Shown here piece after piece: positions 32,819-42,630 of a stretch of DNA of 64,000 nt (positions within the stretch are counted from its first letter, which is position 1; each line of letters begins with the position of its first letter). This stretch comes from an uncultured delta proteobacterium (lineage in GTDB: Bacteria > Myxococcota_A > Polyangia > Polyangiales > Polyangiaceae). The notes beneath the pieces were generated by a model. The model saw only the letters and a program-made list of their open reading frames with translations. It was not told the origin of the DNA and did not search any database. The position numbers and the translations under genes were made by a program. The stretch lies in assembly GCA_963806225.1 (NCBI GenBank), contig CAWDXG010000004.1:5088001-5152000 (forward strand), read 5' to 3'.

Positions 32819-33397
32819 CTAACCGCAGTCCTTGATGCGCGTGTCCGGCGGAACGAAGCGCTCGTATTCACGCTGGAACGCGAGCGTACGCGGATCGGCG
32901 CGATCGACGAACAGCACGCCGTCCAGATGATCCGTTTCGTGCTGCACGATGGCGGCCGGTACGCCCTCCCACTCGAACGATAGCGGCTCGCCCCGGCGGC
33001 CGAGGGCGCGCACCGACACCCGCCGCGGGCGCTTCACCAGGCCTCGCAGGCCCGGCACGGACAGGCATCCCTCGTACATCGTGATCGATTCCTCGTCGCC
33101 GAGCTCGCTGACTGGTTTAGCCAATTGTGGCTCCACTATTGGATTAACCAGTACCACGAGAGGCAGGCGGGGGAACTGCCGATAGCGCGGGTTGTCGGCC
33201 ACCTCGATGACGGAGATGCGTGCTGGTACGTGCACTTGCGGCGCCGCGATGCCCGCACCGTCGGCGTCGCGCATGGTCTCGATCATATCGTCGATCAGGG
33301 CCTGGATGCGTGCCGAGCCGATCTCGGCGACGGGTACCTCTTCCGCGCGGCGCCTCAGAATCGGGTGACCCATCCGGGCAATCTTGCGAATTGCCAT
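32819..33397 (-). CDS. def: Peptide deformylase
   Basis: GAGIAAPQ, EGCLS, QHETDHLDG. Confidence 0.95.
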   Translation of the reverse strand: MAIRKIARMGHPILRRRAEEVPVAEIGSARIQALIDDMIETMRDADGAGIAAPQVHVPARISVIEVADNPRYRQFPRLPLVVLVNPIVEPQLAKPVSELGDEESITMYEGCLSVPGLRGLVKRPRRVSVRALGRRGEPLSFEWEGVPAAIVQHETDHLDGVLFVDRADPRTLAFQREYERFVPPDTRIKDCG

Positions 33398-33512
33398 GAC
33401 CCCATGGTAGCAGCCGCGGCATATAGGGGGCGAGCCACGCCTCCCGGCCCCGGCTTGTTGACTTCTTCTCGAACGACGGGCTCCGGCTCGGCCGACCCAG
33501 GAACCCATCAAC

Positions 33513-34511
33513 ATGACAAGGTCCACGATTCTCGGCGTAGGTAGTTACACGCCCAGCAAGGTCGTCACCAACGACGACCTCGCGAAGCTGATGACCACGA
33601 GCGACGAGTGGATCCACAAGCGCACAGGTATCAAGGAGCGCCGCTACATCGAGCGCGACGACATCGGCGCCAGCGATCTCGCGGTGCCCGCGTGCAAAGC
33701 GGCCATGGAGCATGCGGGAGTCGAGCCGGGCGACATCGACGCGATCATCTTCGCGACGCTCAGCCCGGACTACACCTTCCCCGGCTCCGGATGCCTGCTC
33801 GGCGACAAGCTCGGGATGCCCGGCGTCCCGGCGCTCGACGTCCGCAACCAGTGCTCGGGTTTCCTGTACGGACTGAGCGTGGCCGATGCCTGGGTTCGCG
33901 CGGGCATGTACAAACACGTGCTGCTCGTGGGCTCCGAGGTGCACTCCACCGGCATCGAGTTCGCCGACCGCGGTCGCGACGTGACGGTGCTGTTCGGCGA
34001 CGGAGCCGGCGCGGCCGTCGTGGGTCGCTCCGAGCGCGACGACCACGGCCTTCTCTCGATCGCGCTGCACGCCGACGGCACGGGAGCCAAGGACCTGTGG
34101 ATCGACGCGCCCGGCTCCCGCTACATGCCGCGCATGACGCACGAGATGCTCGACGAAGGGCGCCACTACCCGAAGATGAACGGCAAGCAGGTGTTCCGCT
34201 GGGCCACCGACAAGATGCCGGAGGTCGCCCACGAGGTCCTGAAGGAGGCCGGGCTCACCATCAAGGACGTCGACCTGTTCGTCCCGCATCAGGCGAACAT
34301 GCGCATCAACCAGCTCGTGGCCTGGCGGCTCGAGCTGGACGAGGAAAAGGTGGTCCACAACATCGAGAAGTACGGCAACACCACGGCTGCCACGATCCCG
34401 ATGGCGCTCGACAAGGCCTTCAAGGAAGACCTGATCAAGGAAGGCGCGAACGTGCTGTTCGCCGCCTTCGGCGCGGGTTTCACCTGGGCCGGCGCCGTGA
34501 TGCGTTTCTAG
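33513..34511 (+). CDS. fabH: 3-oxoacyl-ACP synthase III
   Basis: WIHKRTGIKERR, QCSGF, FGDGAGA, HQAN, GNTTAATIP, FGAGFTW. Confidence 0.95.
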   Translation: MTRSTILGVGSYTPSKVVTNDDLAKLMTTSDEWIHKRTGIKERRYIERDDIGASDLAVPACKAAMEHAGVEPGDIDAIIFATLSPDYTFPGSGCLLGDKLGMPGVPALDVRNQCSGFLYGLSVADAWVRAGMYKHVLLVGSEVHSTGIEFADRGRDVTVLFGDGAGAAVVGRSERDDHGLLSIALHADGTGAKDLWIDAPGSRYMPRMTHEMLDEGRHYPKMNGKQVFRWATDKMPEVAHEVLKEAGLTIKDVDLFVPHQANMRINQLVAWRLELDEEKVVHNIEKYGNTTAATIPMALDKAFKEDLIKEGANVLFAAFGAGFTWAGAVMRF

Positions 34512-34522
34512 ACCGGCACGAG

Positions 34523-35026
34523 CTAGTGCGTATGCACGTGCCCTTCGGGGCCGTGCGGATGTCCGTGGTCGTGCTCTTCCTCGGTCGCGTCGCGGATGCC
34601 GGTGATCTCCACAGCGAAATGCAGCGTGACGCCGGCCAGCGGGTGGTTCGGATCCACGAACACCTGCTCCGGTTCAACCTTCGCGATCCAGAGCGGGATC
34701 AAGTCGCCGTCCGGGCCTTCCGCTGCGAACTGCATGCCGGGCCGCAGCTCCACTTCGTCCGGAAACGCGTCCCGCGGGATCGGCTGGGGATCCGTCGCGA
34801 TGCGCTTGCCGTAGCCGCTCTCCGGGTCGACGACAGCCTTCAGCTTGTCGCCCACCGTGTGCCCTTCCATTTCCCTCTCCAGACCGGGCACGATGTTTTC
34901 CGCGCCGTGGAGGTAGTCCATCGGCCGCCCGCCGGAGGAGGTGTCGAGCACCTTTCCCGCGTCGTCGGTGAGCGTGTAGTGGAACGAAACGACCTTGCCG
35001 GCCTGGATAGTCTCGGGATTCGGCAC
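34523..35026 (-). CDS. slyD: FKBP-type peptidyl-prolyl isomerase SlyD
   Basis: YLHGAENIVPGLE, DPNHPLAG, His-rich tail. Confidence 0.92.
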   Translation of the reverse strand: MPNPETIQAGKVVSFHYTLTDDAGKVLDTSSGGRPMDYLHGAENIVPGLEREMEGHTVGDKLKAVVDPESGYGKRIATDPQPIPRDAFPDEVELRPGMQFAAEGPDGDLIPLWIAKVEPEQVFVDPNHPLAGVTLHFAVEITGIRDATEEEHDHGHPHGPEGHVHTH

Positions 35027-35149
35027 GAGTGGCTCCTGGCGAATTCGGAAAACGAGCAGCGTCCCGTGGACGCCGTGTCCGGGCTGTCCGGAAACGAGGG
35101 CACAGCGCTAGCAGGTGGGGCGCCGCGGCGCAACGCCATGGACTGGAGC

Positions 35150-35701
35150 TCAGCTCCTCGGCTGCCACGGGACGTCCACGACGCTAGAGTCGTGGTTCGC
35201 TCGCCGGGCGAGCACGAAAAGCAGATCGCTGAGACGGTTCAGGTAGATCACCATCTCCGCGCGCAGGTCGCTGTCGTTGCCGCTCGTCAGGACGCGACGC
35301 TCTGCGCGGCGACACACCGTGCGTGCGAGGTGGAGCGCGGCTGCGGCGGGCGTTCCGCCGGGCAGCACGAAGCTCTTGAGCGGCGGCAGATCGCGTTCGG
35401 CGTCGTCGATTGCCCGCTCCAGCCGCTCCACGTCGCTCTCGTCGATGAGCTTCATCTCGAGCTTGTCTTCGCGCCCGGGCACGCAGGCCAGCTCGGCGCC
35501 CACCACGAACAGGTCGGACTGCAGCTCCGCGAGTAGCGCATCCATCTCCGGCGCCACGCCGGCGGCGCGCGCAGTGCCGATGACCGCATTGGTCTCGTCC
35601 ACGGTGCCGTAGGCCTCGACGCGTGGATCGTCCTTCTCGACGCGCGCTCCACCGAAGAGTCCGGTCTGCCCCCGGTCGCCCGTCCTGGTGTAGATCTTCA
35701 T
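35150..35701 (-). CDS. Cob(I)alamin adenosyltransferase, PduO-type
   Basis: MKIYTRTGD, YGTVDE, ARTVCRRAER, YLNRLSD. Confidence 0.93.
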   Translation of the reverse strand: MKIYTRTGDRGQTGLFGGARVEKDDPRVEAYGTVDETNAVIGTARAAGVAPEMDALLAELQSDLFVVGAELACVPGREDKLEMKLIDESDVERLERAIDDAERDLPPLKSFVLPGGTPAAAALHLARTVCRRAERRVLTSGNDSDLRAEMVIYLNRLSDLLFVLARRANHDSSVVDVPWQPRS

Positions 35702-35760
35702 GCGCCCATGGTAACGCCACCCGGGCGCCGGCGGCGCTTGCTGTCGCGCCCCCGGTCCGA

Positions 35761-36858
35761 TCAGGTCATGGCGAGAGCGAATGCCTCGTAGCCGCTGCGC
35801 CAGGCGTCCATGTCGGCGCTGGCTCCCTCGGTGATCTGCACACCGAAGCCCGGCGGCACGGTGGCCGTGCCCGTCGGACCGAAGCCTCGACGCCAGACCA
35901 CCTTGCCGACGAGGCGCACGCGCCGTTCGCTGCGTGGCGGTGTCAGCTCCAGCCACACCGAATCGTCCTCCGGGGGCAGCAGCGTCCGCACGTACAGCCC
36001 GCCGGCGCTGATGTTGTACGAGAAGCCGTAGTCGTCCCGGTCGCGTCCCGCGCTCCGGAACGCGATGGTGGCGCCGAACAGGAGGCGCTGGCTCCTGCGC
36101 TGGTTCGAGCGCGCTCCGTTCGACAGTTCGTTGGCCAGGAACAGCACGTTCTCGGCCGGCCCGAAGCCGTCCGTGGCCGTCGCTCGCTCGAGCCCCGACA
36201 GCTTCTCCTGCATGCCGCCGAGAGCGCGCGGCGGGCAGGTCACGATCCAGGTAGCGCGGCCGCCGCCCTCGCGACTCTCCGCGATCGCCTTCTCCGGCTG
36301 CTCGGCGAGCTCCGCGGCGAGCACGACCAGATCGATGTCCGGATTCTGCGCGAAGCCCTGCGCGTCGCGCTCACGGGCTGCAAAGGTGACGCTGTAGCCC
36401 GCGTTCCGCAGCACCCGTCCGAGTACTATGCGACGCGTGGGATCCGCGTCCGCGATCAGGGCTGCCCCGCGACCGTTCGTTGGCGGTTCCGGCGCGTCCT
36501 TGGGCAGTGCGCGCAGGCGCCCGAGCAGGGCTCGCGGGTTGTCGAGGCCGACCACGTCGTCGCCGCCCCAGCCGAACGCCTCCGCGAATGTCAGGTCGGT
36601 CAGCTCGGGCGTGAGCGCGATGATGGGAACCTGCGCGTGGTCCGCCTCCGCGCGCGTCTCCACCGCGGCCTGCTCCGCGCCGGGGGTGGTGCTGTCGAGG
36701 AGCATCGCGTGCGGCTTGTGGCTTCCCAGCCAGCGCGCCGCGTCATGCGTCGAGGCCACCACACCCAGTTCGAACGCCGACTCGACGGCAACGCGTACCA
36801 GTGCCTTGCGCTGTTTTTCACTGAAGCGCCCGAAGGCGAGTAGCGGTCGCTTGTCCAT
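35761..36858 (-). CDS. Two receiver-like domains fused to a C-terminal PilZ domain
   Basis: QRRSQR (RxxxR) and NISAGG PilZ motifs; PIIALT...GGDDVV and ALIADAD receiver-like segments. Confidence 0.8.
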   Translation of the reverse strand: MDKRPLLAFGRFSEKQRKALVRVAVESAFELGVVASTHDAARWLGSHKPHAMLLDSTTPGAEQAAVETRAEADHAQVPIIALTPELTDLTFAEAFGWGGDDVVGLDNPRALLGRLRALPKDAPEPPTNGRGAALIADADPTRRIVLGRVLRNAGYSVTFAARERDAQGFAQNPDIDLVVLAAELAEQPEKAIAESREGGGRATWIVTCPPRALGGMQEKLSGLERATATDGFGPAENVLFLANELSNGARSNQRRSQRLLFGATIAFRSAGRDRDDYGFSYNISAGGLYVRTLLPPEDDSVWLELTPPRSERRVRLVGKVVWRRGFGPTGTATVPPGFGVQITEGASADMDAWRSGYEAFALAMT

Positions 36859-36945
36859 GGCTCCTCCACCCAGGACAACGGCCGCTCCGCCGGCGACTGA
36901 AGTCCCGGGGGCCGATTGCTGCTCGAAATCGACGCCGACCGGCGG

Positions 36946-37461
36946 TCAGACCGAGAAGATCTGCTGGATCTCGCCCTCGATCGAGGAGGTTTCCACCTTC
37001 TTCGCGAGCGCCAGCTCCTGGATGAGGAGGCTGCGGGCCTGGTCGAGCAGGCGTCGCTCGCCGAAGCTCAGATCCTTGTCGAATTTGAGGCGGTACATGT
37101 CGCGGAGAACCTTGGCGATCTCCGAGGGCAGCCCGCTCTTGAGCATCTCCGTGTAGGCGCGGAAGCGGCGGTTCCACGGCTGCATGTCCACCGCGACCTC
37201 CGGCGCGCGCAGGATATCGAGGATCTCCTGGGCCTCCCGCTTCTTCATCACGGGCCGCAGGCCGACCCGGGACGCCGCCTCCTTGGGCACCATCACCTTC
37301 AGGCCGGTATCGATGATCTTCAGGACGTAACAGTGACTCATGCTCCCACCGAGCTCGCGCTCCTCGATCCCGGAGACCTCGCCCACCCCGTGGGAGGGAT
37401 GAACCGCCATGTCGCCGACTTTGAAGGTGTGAGCGGTCACTACGTTGACGCCAGCTTGCAT
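36946..37461 (-). CDS. carD: CarD/CdnL-family RNA polymerase-binding regulator
   Basis: FKVGDMAVHPSHGVG, KVMVP, WNRRFR, LSFGERRLL; RBS GGAGG. Confidence 0.92.
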   Translation of the reverse strand: MQAGVNVVTAHTFKVGDMAVHPSHGVGEVSGIEERELGGSMSHCYVLKIIDTGLKVMVPKEAASRVGLRPVMKKREAQEILDILRAPEVAVDMQPWNRRFRAYTEMLKSGLPSEIAKVLRDMYRLKFDKDLSFGERRLLDQARSLLIQELALAKKVETSSIEGEIQQIFSV

Positions 37462-37605
37462 TCTGCCTCCCTGCTCCTGCCCCGGCCTGCCTCGTCGCGA
37501 GCTCTCCGCGGAGGTCGCTGCGCGCTCGTTGGTCGGGCGCTGCGCGCCGGACGAACGCCCCGAGCCCCTCTCATCGTCCGGTCTGCCGCGATGCAGCACG
37601 AGCGA

Positions 37606-37635
37606 AAAGTACCATTGGTAGGACACAGCGGTCAA
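37606..37635 (-). promoter_or_regulatory. sigma70/SigA-type promoter of carD/cdnL
   Basis: Minus strand TTGACC-N18-TACTTT with extended -10 TG. Confidence 0.6.
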
Positions 37636-37695
37636 TCGCACCCACCCCCCTAATCGGTGAGTAACGCGCTTGAATCATTGAGTTTGTGAAGCCAT

Positions 37696-38727
37696 TCAGG
37701 GCTGGCGCGCAGGCTTGCCCGCGGGGGCGGAAGGGATGTCGAGCATCTCCGCTACATCCGCGGCGACGGCCGCATGAAGCCCGCTCACCAGCGGGCCGAG
37801 CCGGAGCTCGACTCGCAGCTTCAAAAGCTTCGGCGTGGTCGAGATGATGGGCGCCGCAGCCGGATCGTCGAAGCCGAGCAGCTTGCCCGTCGAGCTGTGC
37901 GCGAGATCTTCCCAGGTGGCGAGCAGGCGGCTCGTGCTGTCGGGGCCCTCGCTGGCCCAATCGCCCGAAAGCACGACGTCGGCCTGCAGGCGCTGCCCGG
38001 ACAGCGGCTTGACCGAGATCGCCACCGCCAATGCCGCGTCGAGCAGCCCGTGAGCGCCCCCCACCCATTCGTGGCCGAACGGTCCAGGGGCGTAGAACAC
38101 GAGCGGCGCGTCGCCCGGGTCGCTGGGCAGGGTGGAAAGCGCTGCGCCGCGGAGCGCCGCCGGGGAGCGCTTCAGCCGCTCCAGCGCGTAGGCCTCCACC
38201 ACCAATGCCGGCGTGGGGTCGCCGACCGCGACCGCGACCAGCTGCCCCCGGAGCCGCACCAGGGTTTCCGGCGTGCGGCCGATCACGCCCTGGACGAAGT
38301 GGAGATCGGGGTGCGGCCGTTTCTCGACGGGCCCGCTCACCAGACGCTCCACGAAGGCCTGCTGGACGGCGCTGTTGTCGCCGGCCGTTTCGGCCATGTA
38401 CAGCGTCGAGTAGTCGGATCCGGCAACCAGGGCGCTCGGCGTCCGCGTCAGGTCGATGCCGGTGCCCCGCGCGTAGCCCGCCAGGCGCGCCGCCGGGATC
38501 AGCGGTGACAGCGCCTTGACCAGATCCGGATCGGCAGCGAGCTCGGCGGGGCGCCCCACGACCATCCATCTGAGCCCCGCCGCAGCCACGAAGTCGGTCA
38601 GGGGGCCGTGATGCAGCGGCGGCGGGGGCGGTCTGGGCGCCTTCGGCGCTGCCTGGGTGCCGCCACAACCGGTGACCAGAAGCAGGCAGATCGCGAACAG
38701 CAGCTGGAAGCGCGCTGCGACGCTCAC
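37696..38727 (-). CDS. Lipoprotein of unknown function
   Basis: GTGA overlap with tyrS stop; MSVAARFQLLFAICLLLVTGC lipobox. Confidence 0.75.
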   Translation of the reverse strand: MSVAARFQLLFAICLLLVTGCGGTQAAPKAPRPPPPPLHHGPLTDFVAAAGLRWMVVGRPAELAADPDLVKALSPLIPAARLAGYARGTGIDLTRTPSALVAGSDYSTLYMAETAGDNSAVQQAFVERLVSGPVEKRPHPDLHFVQGVIGRTPETLVRLRGQLVAVAVGDPTPALVVEAYALERLKRSPAALRGAALSTLPSDPGDAPLVFYAPGPFGHEWVGGAHGLLDAALAVAISVKPLSGQRLQADVVLSGDWASEGPDSTSRLLATWEDLAHSSTGKLLGFDDPAAAPIISTTPKLLKLRVELRLGPLVSGLHAAVAADVAEMLDIPSAPAGKPARQP

Positions 38728-39944
38728 CCGGTGACCTTGACGTAGCAGAAGCGCCGCTTCTTCGAGCCGACGCGCACGAGATAGCGCCCGCCCCGGTCGA
38801 GCTGGTGCTGCCCGTCCTGCACGCGCTGTCCGTCCACTTCCACGCCGCCCTGCACGATCAGGCGTTTGCCTTCGCTGGTGGACGCCACCAACTTCGCGGC
38901 GGACAGGGCCTTGGCCAGCCACAGCGTGTCGCCCGCCGCCGCGACCTCTACCTCCGGCGTGTCGTCCGGCACGCCGTGCGACAGGTACGTCCCCGCGAAA
39001 GTCCGTGCCGCGTCCTGTGTGGCTTCCTGCCCGTGGAAGCGCGTGACGACTTCCGCCGCGAACGCGCGTTTGGCCGACAGCGGGTCGCCGGCCTGCCGGA
39101 GTCCGGCGATCTCCTGCGCGTTCTTCGCCGACAGGAGCTCGTAGAAGCGCCAGATGACGTCGTCGCCGATCTGCATGCACTTGCGGTACATCTCGAGCGG
39201 CGCCTCGGTGAGGCCGATGTAGTTGTCGGCCGACTTGCTCATCTTCTTGCCGACGATGCGCCCGTCCTCGATGCGCGCGTCGATGCCCTCGAGGATCGGC
39301 GTCGTCATCACGATCTGCGGCTTCTGTCCGTAGCGCTGCATCAGATCGCGGCCGACCATCAGATTGAAGAGCTGGTCGGTCCCGCCGAGCTCCACGTCCG
39401 CTTCCAGGGCCACCGAGTCGTAGCCCTGCAGGAGCGGATAGAAGAGCTCGTGGATGTAGATGTCCTTCTGCGCTTCGTAGCGCTCCTTGAAGTCGCGCCG
39501 TTCTAGCGTTCTCGCCAGGGTGCGGCGGGCGGCCAGCTCGATCATCTTTTCCAGCGACATCGAGGCCAGCCACTCGCTGTTGTAGCGGACCACCGTCCGC
39601 TCGCGGTCGAGGATCTGGAAGGCCTGTTCGGTGTAGGTCTTCGCCGCATCCCGCACCTCTTCCGAGGTGAGCCGCGGGCGCATCTCGTTCTGGCCGGTCG
39701 GGTCGCCCACCATCGCGGTGGTGTCACCAATCAAGAAGATGACCTCGTGCCCGAAGTCCTGGAACTGACGCATCTTCTGCATCAGCACCGTGTGCCCGAG
39801 GTGCAGGTCGGGGCGGGTCGGATCGAACCCCGCCTTGACCTTCAGCGGGCGCCCCGAGGCCAGCCGTTCCCTGAGCTCGGGAAGCTGGTGGAGCTCGACC
39901 ACGCCGCGCGTCAGCTCGGCTAGCTGTTCATCGACGGAAGCCAC
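38724..39944 (-). CDS. tyrS: Tyrosine--tRNA ligase
   Basis: GFDPTRPDLHLGH, GGTDQLFN, KMSKS, C-terminal S4 domain. Confidence 0.97.
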   Translation of the reverse strand: MASVDEQLAELTRGVVELHQLPELRERLASGRPLKVKAGFDPTRPDLHLGHTVLMQKMRQFQDFGHEVIFLIGDTTAMVGDPTGQNEMRPRLTSEEVRDAAKTYTEQAFQILDRERTVVRYNSEWLASMSLEKMIELAARRTLARTLERRDFKERYEAQKDIYIHELFYPLLQGYDSVALEADVELGGTDQLFNLMVGRDLMQRYGQKPQIVMTTPILEGIDARIEDGRIVGKKMSKSADNYIGLTEAPLEMYRKCMQIGDDVIWRFYELLSAKNAQEIAGLRQAGDPLSAKRAFAAEVVTRFHGQEATQDAARTFAGTYLSHGVPDDTPEVEVAAAGDTLWLAKALSAAKLVASTSEGKRLIVQGGVEVDGQRVQDGQHQLDRGGRYLVRVGSKKRRFCYVKVTG

Positions 39945-39996
39945 GGCGCGGAAGCTAGCACTAGCGGGGCTTCCAGACGGACGACCTTTGTCACTG

Positions 39997-40080
39997 GACC
40001 CGGCGGGCGACAGCGAGCCCGCGATGAGCGAAGCGAATCGCGTCGGGGTGCTCGAGGGGCGGTGAGCCTCCTCGAGGAGG
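39997..40080. repeat. REP-like intergenic palindromic element
   Basis: Hairpins CGCGAT-gagcgaagcga-ATCGCG (40020-40042) and CTCGAGG...CCTCGAG (40051-40076); only one copy in this window. Confidence 0.45.
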
Positions 40081-40111
40081 ATTCCGGTGGGGGCGGGCGA
40101 GCGGGAGGAAA

Positions 40112-40432
40112 CTAATCGTTGTCGTTGTCGTCGCCGCCGCTGATGGCCGTGTGGCGGCTCGAGTTCACGAGCTCTTTCAGCTCCTTGCCCACCTTGAAGA
40201 AGGGCAGCCGCTTGGCCGGGACGGGGACGGGCTGGCCGGTCCGCGGGTTGCGGCCGTCATAGGGCTTGTAGGGGCGCACCGTGAAGCTGCCGAAGCCGCG
40301 AATCTCAATGCCTTCGCCCTTTTGCAGCGCTTCGGTCATCGCGTCGAAGACGCAGTTGACCACCATCTCGGCCCGAGCCTTGGTCAGCTCCCCCCGGGCG
40401 GCTATGGCCTCGATGAGCTCGCTCTTGGTCAT
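40112..40432 (-). CDS. ihfB: Integration host factor beta subunit (HU/IHF family)
   Basis: MTKSELIE, IEIRGFGSF, GRNPRTG, PFFKVGKELKE. Confidence 0.85.
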   Translation of the reverse strand: MTKSELIEAIAARGELTKARAEMVVNCVFDAMTEALQKGEGIEIRGFGSFTVRPYKPYDGRNPRTGQPVPVPAKRLPFFKVGKELKELVNSSRHTAISGGDDNDND

Positions 40433-40461
40433 CCCACTCTTAGCCTCGTGCGAACCGGTCG

Positions 40462-40490
40462 ATCGTTTTCCCTAACGCATGAATTGTCAA
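40462..40490 (-). promoter_or_regulatory. Candidate sigma70 promoter of ihfB
   Basis: Minus strand TTGACA-N17-AACGAT. Confidence 0.45.
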
Positions 40491-40584
40491 CGCTTTTTCC
40501 AGCACGAGCCGGGCACCCGGATGCTGCGGCGGCAGCCTGCGGGTCGCCCGCTGGATGGCAATAAGCGCCTTTAATTACAGTTGG

Positions 40585-42627
40585 TTAGTCGCCAACAGGC
40601 GTGGGCGCCCGGGGGCCCGGGGCGTGGGGGGGGCTGGCAGGCGCAGGCCGGAGCAGGACATCATCCAGCACGCCCGGCCCAGCCAGTCCCAGCGTCAGCC
40701 GCGAGGCGCCCGCGGGGAGCTCCACCCGTTCGGGCGGCATCAGCCAGCAGCCGTCCCGCTCCACCCCGCCCGTCCGGGTCCAGTGCCGGGAGCCGATCCC
40801 GGCACTGGCCGACAGGCGCGTGCTCTCGCGACTGTAGAAGCTGGCGCCAAGCTCGTAGGGCCCCGCGCGCGGCGCGTCGATTTCCAGCGTCACGCGCACC
40901 CGCCCGGAGGTCGGCAGCAACGCCAGACCGTGCGCGCCAGCGGTGCAGCTTCCCGACGGAAAATCCGGGTGCGCCCAGCCGCCGCTGACAGCCAGCGGCG
41001 GCCACTCGGCCGCCGCTTCGAAGCGTAGCGTTGCCGGAACGTGCAGAGGCTGGGGCGTGACCCGGGGCACGGCGCGGGCAGCGGACGGGTCGTAGCGATA
41101 GCGATACGCCGGGGGCCTGCCCAGCGCATTCCAGAGCAGGGCGTCGTGCGCGTCTCCTCGCCAGCGCGCGACCACGATGCCGTGCCTGGCGTCGAACGCG
41201 CCGGGGACAAAGCCGAGGTTGAAGCCGTGATCGGTGTCCACGAACACGAGCCCGTGGTGGATGCCGGAATGCGCCAGCACCGACGCCTCGAACATGGGGC
41301 GACCGCCCTCGCGTTCCGAGAGGGCACGGTGCGCGTAGCTGGCGTGGAAGGCGAAGCCCGCCAGCGAGAGTGGCGCGGCAAAGCGCGCGGCCCGGAGCTC
41401 AGAGAGCGCCCAGGCCAGAAGCACCTGCTCCAGCGGCAGCGCCTCGGCGAACATCCGCGCGCCGCCGCCCGGGTAGCTGCCATCGAAGTAGAACGGGGCG
41501 TAGGCCAGGATCACGCCCAGCGTGCCCAGCGACAGCAGGCGGATCCCGGGACGCCTCCAGCCCGCGATCATCGCGTACGGCACCAGCAGCGCGAGCGGTG
41601 CGAGATTGGCGATGTCGAGCGTGTGCCAGGCGAGCCGGCGTCCGGTCGTGCCGAGCGCAGCGGCCAGACCGTAGCCGTGCGCGAGATGGGCCCGCACGAA
41701 GTCGGCGTGCTCGTAGCGACAGCCGATGCCGTGTCCGAACCCGTAGCGGAAACAGCCAGGGGGTCCGTCGGCGAGTGCGTAGTAGCGGAGCTGGCTCGAC
41801 GAAAACCACGTGCCCGTCGCCGCGTGCTGGTGCACGAAGAGGAGTGCGAGCCCCGGCAACAGGGCGAACGGGAACAGCCAGCGCTCGCGACCGGCGCGGA
41901 GCAGCAGCGCGGCGGCCAGTGCTAGTCCGAGCGCACCCGTGACAGGGCGCGTCGCGACGAGCCAGCCGCACGCGAGCCCGGCGAGCAGCACGGGCCAGCG
42001 CCCGCCGCGTGCCGCCGCGGCGAGGGTCACGGCGAGGAGCAGCGCGGCCCAGCCGTGCGACATGGTGTCGGCGGTGTGGTAGCGGAGCGCGGCGCACAGC
42101 ACCGACAGGAGCGCGGCGCACAGGGCCACGTCGCGCCGTCCGGTGAGCTGGCGGGCGAGCGCATACGTAGCGGCGACGAGCAGCGCGGCGATGATCGGTC
42201 CCACCGCCATCGGCGCCCGCAACAGGAAGCCGAGCGCCAGCAGCGCCGGATAGCCAGGTGGGAAGATCACCGCGATCGCTGTCGAGCCCGGGGGCGTGAC
42301 CAGGAAGCGGCCGCGGAACGACCCGGACGGATGCGGCACCGGCATCACGAGCTGTCCGAGCGACAGCCCCCGCGCCTCGAGCCAATAGCTGGTGGCGTCG
42401 ACAATGCGCGGACCGCCGCGCAGGTAATAGACGACGTAGCCGGCCGACAGGAGCAGCGCGGCCGTGGCGAGCCCGAGCACCAGCCAACGTTCCTCTACCC
42501 GTTCGAGCGCGCCGGCCATGCGACGCGGAAAGGCGATCCCCAGCAGGAGCACGCAGGCCGCCACGACCAGCGCGGCCCACGCGACCGCGTCCGGCGGGGC
42601 GCCGATATGACCGATCGGCGTGTCCAC
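40585..42627 (-). CDS. Polytopic GT-C fold (PMT/ArnT-like) glycosyltransferase with extracytoplasmic C-terminal domain
   Basis: IVDATSY early loop, FPPGYPALLA, TMSH, ATRP, about 11 TM segments. Confidence 0.65.
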   Translation of the reverse strand: MDTPIGHIGAPPDAVAWAALVVAACVLLLGIAFPRRMAGALERVEERWLVLGLATAALLLSAGYVVYYLRGGPRIVDATSYWLEARGLSLGQLVMPVPHPSGSFRGRFLVTPPGSTAIAVIFPPGYPALLALGFLLRAPMAVGPIIAALLVAATYALARQLTGRRDVALCAALLSVLCAALRYHTADTMSHGWAALLLAVTLAAAARGGRWPVLLAGLACGWLVATRPVTGALGLALAAALLLRAGRERWLFPFALLPGLALLFVHQHAATGTWFSSSQLRYYALADGPPGCFRYGFGHGIGCRYEHADFVRAHLAHGYGLAAALGTTGRRLAWHTLDIANLAPLALLVPYAMIAGWRRPGIRLLSLGTLGVILAYAPFYFDGSYPGGGARMFAEALPLEQVLLAWALSELRAARFAAPLSLAGFAFHASYAHRALSEREGGRPMFEASVLAHSGIHHGLVFVDTDHGFNLGFVPGAFDARHGIVVARWRGDAHDALLWNALGRPPAYRYRYDPSAARAVPRVTPQPLHVPATLRFEAAAEWPPLAVSGGWAHPDFPSGSCTAGAHGLALLPTSGRVRVTLEIDAPRAGPYELGASFYSRESTRLSASAGIGSRHWTRTGGVERDGCWLMPPERVELPAGASRLTLGLAGPGVLDDVLLRPAPASPPHAPGPRAPTPVGD

Positions 42628-42630
42628 GGG

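Noticed and set aside
39945..40111. T-box riboswitch upstream of tyrS
   Set aside because: No T-box consensus (GGUGGNACC) or terminator on the coding strand, and the spacer is short
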